Positions 36,570 to 49,804 of a DNA stretch of 64,000 nucleotides are shown here, piece after piece. Each line of letters opens with the position of its first letter. Position 1 is the stretch's first letter. The translations under genes and the position numbers were made by a program. The stretch is from Felis catus (Eukaryota): assembly GCF_018350175.1 (NCBI RefSeq), contig NC_058379.1, positions 73,160,001 through 73,224,000 of the forward strand. The letters run 5' to 3'. A model generated the notes under the pieces. It was not told the DNA's origin and did no database searches. It was given only the letters and a program-made list of their open reading frames with translations.

Positions 36570-38190
36570 GTGAAAATTATGAAATGCACAAATTCCTAGA
36601 AAAACATATTCTCAAAACTGATACAAGAAGAAATGAAAATGTGAGTATTTATCCATGTACCTATCAAATAAATTGAATCTGTAATTTCAAGCTTTCCTAT
36701 TTAAAAAAAAAAAAAAAAAAGGCTGAGATACCTCACAATTAATTCTTCCAAACATATAAAGAAAAGTACCAATTTTATACAAACTCTTCCAGGGAAGGTT
36801 AAAAGAAGGATCACCTCCCAGCTTATTTTATAAAGCCAGCAAAACCTTGATACTGAAGACTGAAAAGAAAATTATGAGAAAACACAAGCCAATCTCTCTA
36901 ATCAATATAAATGCAAAAAATTCTAACCCACGTAACAACAAATCTAAACAGCAATAACAATGATAGTACATCATGACCATATTTAGCTTAATCTAGAAAT
37001 TCAAGTCTTGTGTAACATTCAAAAAACCTCAACCAATGCAATCCACCACATAAACTAATTACTATAATTCATGATATTAACAGAAAAGAATAAAAACCAT
37101 TTCAGCACTTAACTAGATAGAGAAAAGAATTTGATAAAATTCAATACCCATTTATGAAAGATAGCCTCAGTAAACTAGGAATAGAAGTGAATTTCCTTAA
37201 TCTGACAAAGGGTATTTACCAAAAACAACCCTACAGCAAGTATACTTAATGAAGAAACATTAAAAACATTCCCTGGTAACACAATGAGACAGGGATACGT
37301 GTTATCACTCTTATTCAAGATCATATTGGAAGTCCTAGCCAGTGAAATAAGACAAAAAACAAACAAACAAACAAACAAATGTTTAAGGGTCAGCAGGGAA
37401 TAAATAAAACTCTCATTTGCGATGACCATGTTTCTTCATGTATAAAGTTGAAGAGACTCATTGATTACTTAATAAGTGAATTTAGAAAGATAAATCAGTA
37501 CAATGTGCAAAATCAGCTTATTTCTACATATTAGCAACAGACAACTAGAAAATTAAAGAAATTAACGTAATCACTTAGAGTAGTATCAAAATACACCAAA
37601 TATCTAGAAATCATTTAAAAATATGTAAGATCTGGGGCACCTGGGGAGCTCAGTCGGTTAAGCATCCGACTTCGGCTCAGGTCATGATCTCACAATTCGT
37701 GAGTTCGAGTCCCATGCCGGGCTCTGTGCTGACAGCTCGGAGCCTGGAGACTGCTTAGGATTCTGCGTCTCCCTCTCTCTCTGCCACTCCCCTGCTGGTA
37801 CCCTGTCTCTCAAAAATAAATACACGTTAAAAAAAAAAAAAAAAAAAAGACTGGACAAGGTAAGTCTAAAACGTATGTAGAAATGCAATGAGCCAAAACT
37901 AACCAAGATAATCCTGAACCAAGACTAACAAAACTGGAAATGCATACGACCAAGTATCAAGAATTCTTATGAAACTATAATAATGACGACAGTGAGGTAC
38001 TGGAAAAGAAAAGACAGACCAATGAAAAAGAACTGAGTGTAGAAATTGACTCACATGTACACAGACCAAAAATAGAACTGGGAGTCCAAAAACTTTCATA
38101 AGACTTTTACACATTTGCATTTCGACAATGCAGAGCAATGAAAAATAATGTACTTTTCAGTCAATGATGCTGGGTCAAACCAGACTGCAT
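36570..38190 (+). mobile_element. Degenerate old L1 ORF2 (RT region), antisense to MBD2, split by a SINE
   Basis: gccaatctctctaatcaatataaatgcaaaa, tttgataaaattcaatacccattt, atattggaagtcctagccag, and a broken FADDM-like catttgcgatgaccatg near 37415; multiple frameshifts. Confidence 0.85.
37634..37848 (+). mobile_element. SINEC_Fc nested in L1
   Basis: Head, body and A tail; short TSD aaga(t)ct. Confidence 0.95.
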
Positions 38191-38807
38191 CCAAGCAGAA
38201 TAAAGTTATTTCTAACGTGCAGATTCTCAAAACCTTTACCTCCCACTACATTTTATGAGAAAGGTACTGGAGGATTAGTTACAGCAGAAGGTATATACTA
38301 AGACAGAGGAAGACAGAAATCCAGAAAATTCCAACACAGAAGTGCAGCAAAGGAAATCCCTGGAGCTGCAGCTACATGGCAGGACCAGAGAACAAATTCA
38401 GCCCAAGTGGGGTAGAGGGGACTCAGGAAAAACACAGCAAGGAATTGCATGGATTTCAGCATAAGAAAAATATGATTGATGGGCATGTGGCAGAAGTACT
38501 GATGCATTAGAGACGATCAACTATAAAGAAACCTAGCATACAATTCTTAAGATTAACAACAACAAATTATGAAAGCGTTCAGATGATGACTGGGCATTAT
38601 CTGCCCTACCCATGAATATTTCCAGTCATAATAATGTAAACCCTGACTATTTGACCTATTTAACTAAAAACATGATACACTATGTTGGGAACACGAGAGC
38701 AGAGAGAGAGAACTAGGTACTCATCTACCACCACGAGCTACCCGCCTCAATTATTTCCATATTCCTGTCAGTGACAACATTCTCCCAGTTACCTAAATTC
38801 TTGAGAC

Positions 38808-38894
38808 TTTTTTTTTAATTTTTTATTTTACTTTTGAAAGACAGAGAGAGAGAGAGAGCGCGCGCACGCGCGCGCGCGCAAGTGGGGGAGGGGC

Positions 38895-38931
<37 letters not shown>

Positions 38932-39064
38932 CACAGAATCTGAAGCAGGCTCCAGGCTCCGAGTCGTCAGCACAGAGCCCGACGCGGGGCTCAAACCCAC
39001 AAACAGTGAGATCACGACCTGAGCCCAAGTAGATGCCCAACCAACTGAGCCACCCAGGCGCCCC
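38808..39064 (-). mobile_element. SINEC_Fc-type with an expanded (GC)n tract
   Basis: Full element; (AG)n-(GC)n-(AG)n-(AGAC)n middle. Confidence 0.93.
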
Positions 39065-40267
39065 TCTGAGACTCTTCTCATAAGCACCGCTGAACAGTCA
39101 ACAAATTTCATCCATTACTTTATGACCAGCATGAAGCAGATCTTATCATTTGTGCCCTAATTTCCTATAGCTTCTTGGTGTTTTCCTAGCCTTAAGTCAT
39201 TCTTTATATTACATACAATAACCAAATTAAGACCTCTGTCTAGAATGTTCTCCTCCATACTTCTCTGCTTTTGAAGACCATATATTATGTGTTTTTTTTT
39301 CACTGCACTTATCATACCATGGTACATTATGTACATATTTGTCTGTCTCTCTTCCTATTACAGTAGAAGGTAAGATCCATGAGATCAGGGGCTGTTATTT
39401 TGTTCACTGAACTATCCCTACTACTTGGGTAAGGGCCTGGCACAGGTTGAAGGCTCAATTAAAGATTTTTTAATTTAAAAAAATTCACTAATTAATTCAT
39501 TGAGTCAACAAATGCATATTAAACACTGACATAATGGAGATATTGTGGATAAAGTGATGAGTAATTAATACAGTTAGATCAGAAAAGGAGAAGGGAGAGA
39601 TCCTAAGGAGGATCTCTAAACCCAGACTTGATCAGTTAGAGGTTTTCGAAACAGGTAAAGTGATATCTAAGTTCACACTTGAGGGAGGAGTAGAATATAG
39701 ATAATTAAATGTAGGAAAGAAAGCAGGATGAAATATGACCAGGGGATGCAGGGGCAGGAGGCGGCCATGAAGTGGAGTGAATCAATAGCATGTTCAAAAA
39801 TCTGCAAAAACTTTCATGTGATTCACATGTAGAACAAGAAAAGAAAGTGAAGCCAAAAAGATAAGCAAAAGCCAAATCATGAAGGACTTTGTAAGTCATG
39901 TTAGGTGTTTTAACTTTGTACATCATACTTAGGGGTTTTTTTCCTAAAACCTTATAAGAATCATTGAAAGCTTTTGGGAGAGGTAACACTGTCAGATCTT
40001 CATGTCAGGTGGAGTTTCTGGATGCAATATGAAGAATAAATTGAAGAGAATAAGAAGCAAAGAGATGAGACGAAATGACATTTACCTGGTACAGGGATGG
40101 AGCAAGTGAATATTCAGGAGACAGAGTCAATTGGACTTGTCGGCTAATCAGAGGTTTAGGGTAAATGATGGGAAGAGTCTAGGATGATGCTCAGGTTCTG
40201 GCTTAGGCAGCTGAGTGGACAGTGGTACTTTCATTAAGATAAACAAAGCACATAGAAGAAAGGGCCA

Positions 40268-40480
40268 GAGGTGCCCGGGTGGCTCGGTCGGTTAAGCATC
40301 CGACTTCGGCTCAGGTCATGATCTTACAGTCTGTGAGTTCAAGCCCCGCGTCGGGCTCTGTGCTGACAGCTCGGAGCCTGAAGTCTCCTTCAGATTCTGT
40401 GTCTCCCTCTCTCTGACCCTCCCCCATTCAAGCTCTTTCTCTGTCTCAAAAATAAATAAAAATTAAAAAGAAAAGAAAAG
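40268..40480 (+). mobile_element. SINEC_Fc
   Basis: Full element with (AAAAG)n tail; TSD about agaaagggcc. Confidence 0.94.
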
Positions 40481-40920
40481 AAAAGAAAAGGGCCGGTTAA
40501 ATAGGGTGATGAAGGAGATTACACAAGATGAATCACAAGTGCTGGTAAGACTTGCAAGCAAATAATGTTAGTAGATGGAGAGATACAAACAACTGGAGCT
40601 CAGAATGAAGACGTAGATTTGGAAATCATTAACATACAGATGACAACAGAAGCCATGAGAATGAATGAAATCATCTGCACAGGCTTTACATACAAAGAAG
40701 AATGCACAGTTTTCCCTGGGAAGATGGGTAGAGAAAAAGGAACCTAAGAAAGGGAATAAGAAAAAACAAAAAGGGAGGAAAACCAAGAGAGTAGAGCATT
40801 ACAGAATAAAAGAGTATTTCAGAAGGCAGGGTAGTCACAGTGCCTAGTTAGAGCAGGTTAAGTACTGCAATCTAAGGGTGGAAATTTGTCCATCCAATTT
40901 AATGGCAATCATCAGCAGTC

Positions 40921-41155
40921 TTTTTTTTTTTTTTTAATTTTTTTTTTTTTTTAATGTTTATTTATTTTGGGGACAGAGAGAGACAGAGCATGAATGGGGG
41001 AGGGGCAGAGAGAGAGGGAGACACAGAATTGGAAGCAGGCTCCAGGCTCCGAGCCATCAGCCCAGAGCCTGACGCGGGGCTCGAACTCACGGACTGCGAG
41101 ATCGTGACCTGAGCTGAAGTCGGACGCTTAACCGACTGAGCCACCCAGGCGCCCC
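40921..41155 (-). mobile_element. Young SINEC_Fc
   Basis: TSD agcagtctt; near consensus. Confidence 0.96.
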
Positions 41156-41760
41156 AGCAGTCTTGATAAGAGACATCCAAGGGGCAGTGGGAACAAAAGT
41201 CGTGTTTCAGAGATACCAAAAATAAGAGGTAAGGTAGATATTAAATACACACAATTCCAAGAAGTTGTACTGTAAAAGGAAAAGAGAAAACAAATTGCAA
41301 AAGGGACACAGAGTAAAATGAATACCTTTTTAAAATGGGGAAGATCGGTGTATATTTAAGAGCTTTTGGGAAGAAGCCAGTTTCACGAGAGAAGTTGCCA
41401 GTGAAACATACGTATGACATAATCCATCGAGTGAGATGTCTGAGAAGGTAGGGGGAATGTGTCTGGGGTGTACAGACGCTGGCATTAGCTTTAGGCCACA
41501 AGGAGATATGCTCACATTCAGTTCAGAGGGGTAAAAAAAAAAAAAAGCTACTTGTTCAAAATCCTCTAAACACTTCTCATTTGCAAAGTTAAACACAAAT
41601 GCTCTAGTTTGTTCAACTTCAGAAGTATTCAAATAAGTGAAAATTTAAAATGAAATACCATTTTTATACACTGAGCTACCAACAAGAGAAAGCACTGATA
41701 ATACACTGACAATGAAGAAAAGCTAAAACTGGAATGCACATAACTTGTCCACAGACTTTT

Positions 41761-41999
41761 ATTTATTTATTTATTTATTTTAATTTTTTTTTTTTTAACA
41801 TTTATTTATTTTTGACACAGAGAGAGACAGAGCATGAACGGGGGAGGGGCAGAGAGAGAGGGAGACACAGAACCAGAAGCAGGCTCCAGGCTCTGAGCCA
41901 TCAGCCCAGAGCCCGACGTGGGGCTCGAACTCACGGAACGTGAGATCGTGACCTGAGCTGAAGTCGGACGCTTAACTGACTGAGCCACCCAGGTGCCCC
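41761..41999 (-). mobile_element. Young SINEC_Fc
   Basis: TSD gtc(ca/tg)cagactttt. Confidence 0.96.
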
Positions 42000-42493
42000 G
42001 TCTGCAGACTTTTAAATTGGTGCAACCTTTTGGCAATCAACTTGCCAATGTGAGTCAAAACTCACAGACATTCATACTAATTGTATTTCTGGGAATCTAG
42101 TCTGATGAAACAATGTAAGATATAGGAAGGATCTTATCTATATAAAGATACTCACTGGAGTACTACCTACAATAGTGAAAAATAAAAATAACAATATGAA
42201 AATGATTAAGTAAATCATATGCTAGCATAATACACAGTTGTTGGAATAATATAAATTAATTATAAAGTTATAGCACATAAACTATATAAAACATGGCTAA
42301 AATTGTATATAATGGTATGTATAANNNNNNNNNNNNNNNNNNNNNNNNNNNNNNNNNNNNNNNNNNNNNNNNNNNNNNNNNNNNNNNNNNNNNNNNNNNN
42401 NNNNNNNNNNNNNNNNNNNNNNNNNNNNNNNNNNNNNNNNNNNNNNNNNNNNNNNNAGATGCATTAAAAGATTGAAAAAATATAAAAAATGCT

Positions 42494-42710
42494 GGGGCGC
42501 CTGGGTGGCTCAGTCGGTTGAGTGTCAACTTCAGCTCAGGTCATGATCCTGTGGTTCATGGGTTTGAGCCCTGTGTTGGGCTGTGTGCAGATAGCTCAGA
42601 ACCTGGAGCCAGCTTCGAATTCTGTGTCTCCCTCTCTCTGTCCCTCCCTCGCTCACACTCTGTTTCTTTCAAAAATAAACATTAAAAAAAATTAAAATAT
42701 ATATATACAT
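42494..42710 (+). mobile_element. SINEC_Fc-type CanSINE
   Basis: Head, body and tail. Confidence 0.92.
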
Positions 42711-43527
42711 ATAAAATACTAAAATACTGTAACTGAATTACAAAAAAGGAATGATGAGAATTTTTTTGTCTATCCCAAATATCTTTCTCTTATAAATATA
42801 GGAAATTATAACATTTTTAAAATTTGTAAAGATTGGCACTTAAGGAAACGCGCTACAACATTTTCAGCTCCCACTACTTCCCATGAAAACCCTGATCTGC
42901 AAACAACTCGTCTTTTCATTCCCTGCCCATTCCCACTACAATAGCTTTGGTAACACTACTCTCCCTAGTTGGAATGTCCTCGCCCTCCCATCTGCTTTTC
43001 TAAATCCCACTCAATCTGCAACGTCCGGCATATGTCCTGTATCTCTTCTAAAGATTTCCCCAACCACCCTAGCCACGGTAAAATCACCTTCTGGAACACC
43101 TATAGCATATGTCTGTACTATTTATTTGATCCTTTGTCTACGGCACCTCTCCTCCTACACCACCCAGAATAATGCTTTTAAGTATTTCAGGACAACACGT
43201 CATCCACTTCCTCTGCCCAGGAAGCTAATTTTTTTGTCTAGAGAAAAGGAATATAACATCCTCCACGGAACTCTGTGCTTTAGCTTCTCTATTTCTCAAT
43301 CATAAAAAAACTAAAACAAGTCTATACTAGAAATAACCTTTCAAGGTTACGAAAAAGTAAATGCTCTTAGAATGTCTAGAATGAAGAGTAATTTCCTAGG
43401 TTATGGTAACTAAACACTGAAATATTTTACAAACTTTTCATACACAATGTCTTTAAAGTGTATATGTTTTTAAAATTTAACTTCATCTTAAAAGTTTCTT
43501 CTAACATATTTTAAAATATCCATTCCA

Positions 43528-43749
43528 GGGGCACCTGGGTGGCGCAGTTGGTTAAGCGTCCGACTTCAGCCAGGTCACGATCTCGCGGTCCGTGAGTTCG
43601 AGCCCCACGTCAGGCTCTGGGCTGATGGCTCAGAGCCTGGAGCCTGTTTCTGATTCTGTGTCTCCCTCTCTCTCTGCCCCTCCCCCGTTCATGCTCTGTC
43701 TCTCTCTGTTCCAAAAATAAATAAACGTTGAAAAAAAAAATTTAAAAAA
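43528..43749 (+). mobile_element. Young SINEC_Fc
   Basis: TSD aaaatatccattc. Confidence 0.96.
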
Positions 43750-43764
43750 AAAAATATCCATTCT

Positions 43765-44575
43765 TGGTTACTATCAACGAGCCAAGAGATATTAAATGCT
43801 AGCAAGGATGTGGAGGAAAGAGAACACTTGTATACTGCTNNNNNNNNNNNNNNNNNNNNNNNNNNNNNNNNNNNNNNNNNNNNNNNNNNNNNNNNNNNNN
43901 NNNNNNNNNNNNNNNNNNNNNNNNNNNNNNNNNNNNNNNNNNNNNNNNNNNNNNNNNNNNNNNNNNNNNNNNNNNNNNNNNNNNNNNNNNNNNNNNNNNN
44001 NNNNNNNNNNNNNNNNNNNNNNNNNNNNNNNNNNNNNNNNNNNNNNNNNNNNNNNNNNNNNNNNNNNNNNNNNNNNNNNNNNNNNNNNNNNNNNNNNNNN
44101 NNNNNNNNNNNNNNNNNNNNNNNNNNNNNNNNNNNNNNNNNNNNNNNNNNNNNNNNNNNNNNNNNNNNNNNNNNNNNNNNNNNNNNNNNNNNNNNNNNNN
44201 NNNNNNNNNNNNNNNNNNNNNNNNNNNNNAGTAGATTGGTGGTGGCCAGGTGTGGGGGTGGATGGGCAGGTGTTGGTCAAAGGGTATGAACTTCCAGTTA
44301 TAAGAGGAGTAAGTTCTGGGGACCTAATACACAGCATGGTGACTATAGTTAACAATACTGTATTGTATTCTTTAAAGTTGCTAAGAAAGATCTTAAATGT
44401 TCTCACCACCACCACCACAACAAAAATGGCAATTATGTGAAGTGATGGATGTGTTAACTAACCTTATTGTGGTTATCATTTTGCAATGTATATGTGTATC
44501 AAATCATCACGTTGTAGACCTTAAGCTTAGACAATGTTGTGTGTCAATTATATCTCAATAAAGCTGGGAAAAAAG
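43765..44575 (+). mobile_element. L1 (L1MA-type) 3' end spanning an N gap
   Basis: gcaaggatgtggaggaaagagaacacttg ... cagcatggtgactatagttaacaatactgtattgtat ... gtcaattatatctcaataaagctgg. Confidence 0.88.
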
Positions 44576-45175
44576 CATTCTAAAAAAAAAAAAAAAAAAG
44601 GCTGACTTCTAGAAGGGAGTAAAAGAAAATTTCATATCTTTTGAAAGAAGAATTAGCAAATAAAAGGAAAAAATCTAGGATCAAATAGAACATTTAAATC
44701 CACTTTTTTTGCTAATTCTTAAATATTTATTTCTTGGTTAAAAAAAGTGAAGAAATGTAATTAATATTCAAAGACTATCAAAAACACCTCCAGCCTATGA
44801 GCATCCTATAATATAATAATTAAAAGGAAGAAGTAATGGCTCAAAAATGAAGTTTCTTTGAGTTGAGGATAAAAGAAAAGGTGAGAGACCAGAAAATATC
44901 AAAGATGACAGGATCAAAGAAATGAGAAGGAAACAGAAATGTGAGTTCTTCATATACTGAGGGGAGAAAGCTAGGAAAGACAGCCTTAACAGCAAAATCA
45001 TAATTATGTCATATTAAAAAGATTTTTGGAGGTGTTTTATATATATGACCAAATAAGAACATTTCAATGATCTTACTATTTGGGATAATAGTCTTATAGT
45101 TGGTCGAGTTTCCCCACCCCACTCCAGATTTCTGTTTAATCTAAGGGAAAGACAAGCACTTATCAAATATGCTGA

Positions 45176-45177
<2 letters not shown>

Positions 45178-45230
<53 letters not shown>
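45178..45230. repeat. (TG)n(TA)n microsatellite
   Basis: Direct reading. Confidence 0.97.
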
Positions 45231-45231
<1 letters not shown>

Positions 45232-48200
45232 GTCTACTTATCCTATCATAACTAGGTTTTAATTATAGGCAGATATTATTGCTGAATTCCATTTAATGCA
45301 CTTTTGCTTACATACCCTAATTTTAAATTTTGCTTAATTTTAAATTTTGCAAAATTTAAATTTTGCTTACATACCCCAATTTTAAAGCTAAGGTATTTTC
45401 AAGGAATCAATACACTAGAAATTTATAATTCATATATTTTACAGAAATCAAATCAGATAGCCACACAAAGATACGGGCATAGGATGTTTGTCACATAAGA
45501 CAGAATTATTCCTTTCTGTGATTGCATCACATGTAAACTAATCACTTCAAATTATCCAACGTAGAACCTAGTTAAGATCCAAAAATCCAATCCCAGTCCT
45601 AGGTCTCTAAGTATTACAATACCACTAGACTGAATACTTTATTAAAAGACTGCGACACGGTTAAGAAACAAAAACATTTATATCTATCTCAAAAACAGAA
45701 ACCATTCTGTCTAGTTTATTTACTGGATGATCAAAAGAAGTTCTCCAAATGGAATATGTGGCAATTCATACTGCCAATCTAGTTCAACCAGGCTGTGTGA
45801 AAGCACAGTGGAAGAATTATTTTTGCCTACATGTTTTATTTTTTTTGTCAACTACCTCCTCAACAATAGTTGATTAGCACGTATCTGACATATACACCAA
45901 AATATAACTTAAATCAACATCTTTCCTTTACTAAAAAGCCTGAATCTAAAATGAAATAGTCAGAATGACAGATTATGATTTCTCAAACAATAATATAGAA
46001 GTTGTCTCTATTTTCCTATAGCTGCCCAACGCCCTGTCCTTTATTTTGAAATCCCATTAGTGAGACAGTAGTCAAATATTCCCTCAATTCTTATGTTGAA
46101 GATAAAGCTGGGGGAAAGACAACTAATGTCTTGGTATAATCAAAAACATCCAGCAAAAACCACCAGGTGATGTGAGGATAAAGTAAGAAACAGTTCAAAC
46201 TTTTGAGGAAGTAACCTCCTAAATAATTTTAACACTTCTCGTCTATGCAAGCAAAAAGGAAGATAAAATCCTCAAAAGATCTGAGTTGAAAATGATATAA
46301 GATTTGGGGGTGGGGGCAGGGGAAGGAGGTGGGATTTAGCTTTTTTGGTATATTCTTTTCATTTGAGAACAATCTCAGAAACTTTAATAAAAGAGGAAAA
46401 TGTAAAACTACTCAATGTATCAGTGAATAAGGAGCAACTAACCTGATTATTTCAGCTTTAAAAATCTCCGTTACCAGTGTCCCCTACAACCAGGTGAACA
46501 CCCAGTAAATACAATTACTACAGTTGTTAAAATCTGTGACTGAACTTAGGTACAGAAAAGAATTACTGTTTAAATAATCGTAATTTGCTACTCAATTGGT
46601 CTTTAAAATATTTGGGTTTAGAGGCTATATTGAGAATGACTTGGCAAAGAAAAGATGAGGATAAAATCCATCTACTACCTATTCTCAACAAGGTAACTCA
46701 AATTTCCAATATGAAACTATTATTATCAGTTATTCCACTTCCTTTATCTTTCGAGCTTTTTGAAGCAAACTGTCTTACCCACATATAAACTTTGAAAAAT
46801 TTCAATTGATAAAAATCTTTACAAGGAAATGATTTAAAAATCACCAAAATGCCAAAGGACAAGATGTTCAAGACTTTAGACAGTATCTAAGAAAGAACAT
46901 AATCGGGGAATGGCTTTATCAAGGTGGGCAAAGTTCAGAATGGCAGAATTCCTTCCCTGTTGTAATGAGTATACTAACACTACCAGCGGTGTGGTGACTC
47001 TCACTGGGTGCAGTAGTAAAACAGAAGGGAAAAGCCTGGCNNNNNNNNNNNNNNNNNNNNNNNNNNNNNNNNNNNNNNNNNNNNNNNNNNNNNNNNNNNN
47101 NNNNNNNNNNNNNNNNNNNNNNNNNNNNNNNNNNNNNNNNNNNNNNNNNNNNNNNNNNNNNNNNNNNNNNNNNNNNNNNNNNNNNNNNNNNNNNNNNNNN
47201 NNNNNNNNNNNNNNNNNNNNNNNNNNNNNNNNNNNNNNNNNNNNNNNNNNNNNNNNNNNNNNNNNNNNNNNNNNNNNNNNNNNNNNNNNNNNNNNNNNNN
47301 NNNNNNNNNNNNNNNNNNNNNNNNNNNNNNNNNNNNNNNNNNNNNNNNNNNNNNNNNNNNNNNNNNNNNNNNNNNNNNNNNNNNNNNNNNNNNNNNNNNN
47401 NNNNNNNNNNNNNNNNNNNNNNNNNNNNATCTAAACGGGGAATATGAGAGCAAAAGATAATCGTCGTAGGTAAATCAGCATTTCTAATCTGTAAGTGGGA
47501 GGAGGCAGAGAAAGGAGAGAAAAAATATGCACAGATGTTTCTCCCTCCACTCCCTCACCCCAATTGCTACTAAAAATTCCCGAAGTACCTAAACTTTTTG
47601 ACCACAATTAGGGAATGAATAAGCAAGGTTACTTGGAAAGGTAAGCATTTTATCAAGTCTCCCTCCCCTGGCTATATGGCATTATTAAACAGCAGGGAGG
47701 CCTTTCAGATAATACTTTTTTCCTAAGAACAGATTCTGGTGCCATACAGTTTGAAGCCATAAAGAAAGAGAAATTTATTAAACTGAATTTCTGCAAAAAT
47801 GGAAGTCACAGGACAATATACCATATTGACAAAGTTTATTTAATTGTTTTTCAAAAGGGGAGGGATGGCTGTCATATAATAAGAAATCAGAAAAGTAGTT
47901 TCTATAAAATTGAAAATATTTTTAAACTAAGCAACACAAACTGCATGCTTCAGCCTCCTAGGAAATATTATCCCTGGAAAGATAATCTAAACTAAGATTA
48001 GCAAAAGCAAATCTGATGTACATTACCACACAAAAACACAAAAATGTAGTCCATAATATTAATTTAGATTCATTTTTAATTAACTTTTTTCTTAAAACAT
48101 TTAACCTAAATATTATTAGACTTATTCTCCAGCATTCATGTAATAGCCTAGGAACATAAAACAATTTTCTTTCCAAATATTTTCCATTTTAACCGGTTTA

Positions 48201-48271
48201 CTTGAACTATGTCTGGTAAAAATACCAGAATTGTCTGACAAATAAGATTGGAGAACCAAGTAGATCCTTAC

Positions 48272-48409
48272 CTGACGTGGCTGCTCGTTCATTCGTTGTG
48301 GGTCTGACTTCACTTTATTACTAGGATGATTTGTGACTTTGGTAACTGGTTGTTTGAAAATTGATGCGGTTTGTCTAATTGGCAATGTTGTATTCAAGTC
48401 TGGTTTACC
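48272..48409 (-). CDS. MBD2: MBD2 exon 3 (138 nt), intrinsically disordered region
   Basis: cag|GGT AAA CCA ... CGT CAG|gtaagg. Translates to GKPDLNTTLPIRQTASIFKQPVTKVTNHPSNKVKSDPQRMNEQPRQ, the MBD2 sequence. Confidence 0.97.
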
Positions 48410-48482
48410 CTGTGAATATAAGCATGTTTTTGTTAATAAATATTACATATAAATATAATTTGAATTATTTATTATCCATTAC

Positions 48483-48630
48483 TTTACGTTTTTATTCAAT
48501 TCTAGTTAATTAACAGTGTAATATTAGTTTCAGGTGTAAAATACAGCAATTCACTTCCATACAATAGCTGGTGCTCAATTCACAAGGGCACTCCTTGATC
48601 CCCATCACCTATTTAACCCATCCCCCTACT
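48483..48630 (-). mobile_element. Short carnivore-type L1 3' end, sense to MBD2, about 75 bp upstream of exon 3
   Basis: tttttattcaattctagttaa ... tattagtttcaggtgta ... cccatcacctatttaacccatcccc. Confidence 0.75.
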
Positions 48631-48965
48631 TTTAATCAATCAGTAAATAAAATCTAAGATGTGTTCTAGTGAAGTCAAAACGTTGCACAGAGCTCCTTTT
48701 AAGTTCATTTGCAAGGCTCTAACCATGGGGTATACAGGGGCAAGGAAGGTGGGGGGGGACAAAAAGAACAAAATGTGATTTAATCATTGTGGGTTCTGAT
48801 TCTGGCAAAAAACATATATAAAAGGCCATCTGTATCTGAAGACAACATACCTGATATTTTTTTATATAGAAATATACTTGATAAATCTGCAGGATATTCA
48901 ATGAACTTCTGTCTTTACAACTATCCCCAGATAAAAATTGTGTTATCAACTTCCAGACTCCAAAA

Positions 48966-49146
48966 CACTGGTTCTCAAACTTCACATCAGAACCACACAG
49001 AGGGTTCATTAAAACACAGATTCCTGGGCCTCACTCCTAGAGAGTCTGATTCAGTAGAGATCTGAGGTAGGCCCTGGGAATTTGCATTTCTATTAAGGTC
49101 TCAGGTGATGCTGACTGCTCCAGGAAGCACTTGCAGAATGACTACT
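48966..49146 (+). mobile_element. MER5A
   Basis: ggttctcaaactt ... aaaacacagattcctgggcc ... tctgattcagtag ... aatttgcatttcta ... caggtgatgctga. Confidence 0.85.
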
Positions 49147-49151
49147 CTAAA

Positions 49152-49460
49152 ACAAAGATTTGCAAATTGGTTGCAGGCCGATGAAGTTTAACCCATAAAT
49201 GTATTTCGTTCAGTTTTTAGTGTCTAATAAATGAGCCAACATCTGCAAATATGGAGATATCACATAAAACCCAGATTCTACTTCTCTTTAAAACTCAAAG
49301 ATCTAGAAATACCGGACTTGATTTGGCCACAAGAGGCCATAATTAATTAGTATAGCTGCTCACAAGAGGTGTCAAGCTTCTCCTTTAGCAAAATTCTTCA
49401 ACAACTCATATTTGCATTACCTGTCTGAGGCCTATAAGTGTTGAGGTTTGTGAACTCTGC
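49152..49460 (+). mobile_element. MER102-like hAT remnant
   Basis: ccaacatctgcaaatatggagatatcacataaaacccagattctacttctctttaaaactcaaagatct. Confidence 0.55.
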
Positions 49461-49699
49461 TTAAGGAATGTTATCAAGGCCTAGAAAGGTAAGCATCAAA
49501 ATAAAGTGACAATTATCACAATTACAGTAGGATTTGGACCCACTACTAAATATGTCTCCATCACCACCCTCTCCACCTTCGTTCCCTCCACCCCTTCTTC
49601 TCTGTATGTACTTATCATTCCTTTATCTTATTCAATTTTCCCCCAATGTATGTGCTTACCTTTAGGAGATATAGTCTTCTTTTTTATTTAGTTGTTTTT

Positions 49700-49804
49700 T
49701 GTTTTTTTTTTTTTAGGCAATCTCTACACCCAACTTGGGGCTCTAACCCACAACCCCAAGACGAAGAATCACCTGCTCTTCCAACTGAGCCAGCCAGGCA
49801 CCCC
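49700..49804 (-). mobile_element. Short old CanSINE
   Basis: ccaactgagccagccaggcacccc head; T tail directly after the tRNA part. Confidence 0.8.

Larger units (their letters stand above)
39200..41500. mobile_element. Tail-to-tail L2 elements (+ about 39200-39470; - about 39490-41500) with nested SINEs
   Basis: gtaagatccatgagatcaggggc ... gcctggcacag on plus; ttcattgagtcaacaaatg ... aggatgatgctcaggttctggctt ... gtagatttggaaatcatt reversed L2. Confidence 0.7.

Noticed and set aside
36570-38190. Reverse-transcriptase-like sequence as a possible active or domesticated gene
   Set aside because: Heavily frameshifted old L1 with a broken catalytic motif and a SINE insertion.
46160-46175. CCACCAGGTGATG as a second CTCF site
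   Set aside because: Lacks the GGC core ending; weak match.
43792-47453. Longest ORFs in the track (150-214 aa)
   Set aside because: Open only because they run through N gaps; flanks are L1 or non-coding.
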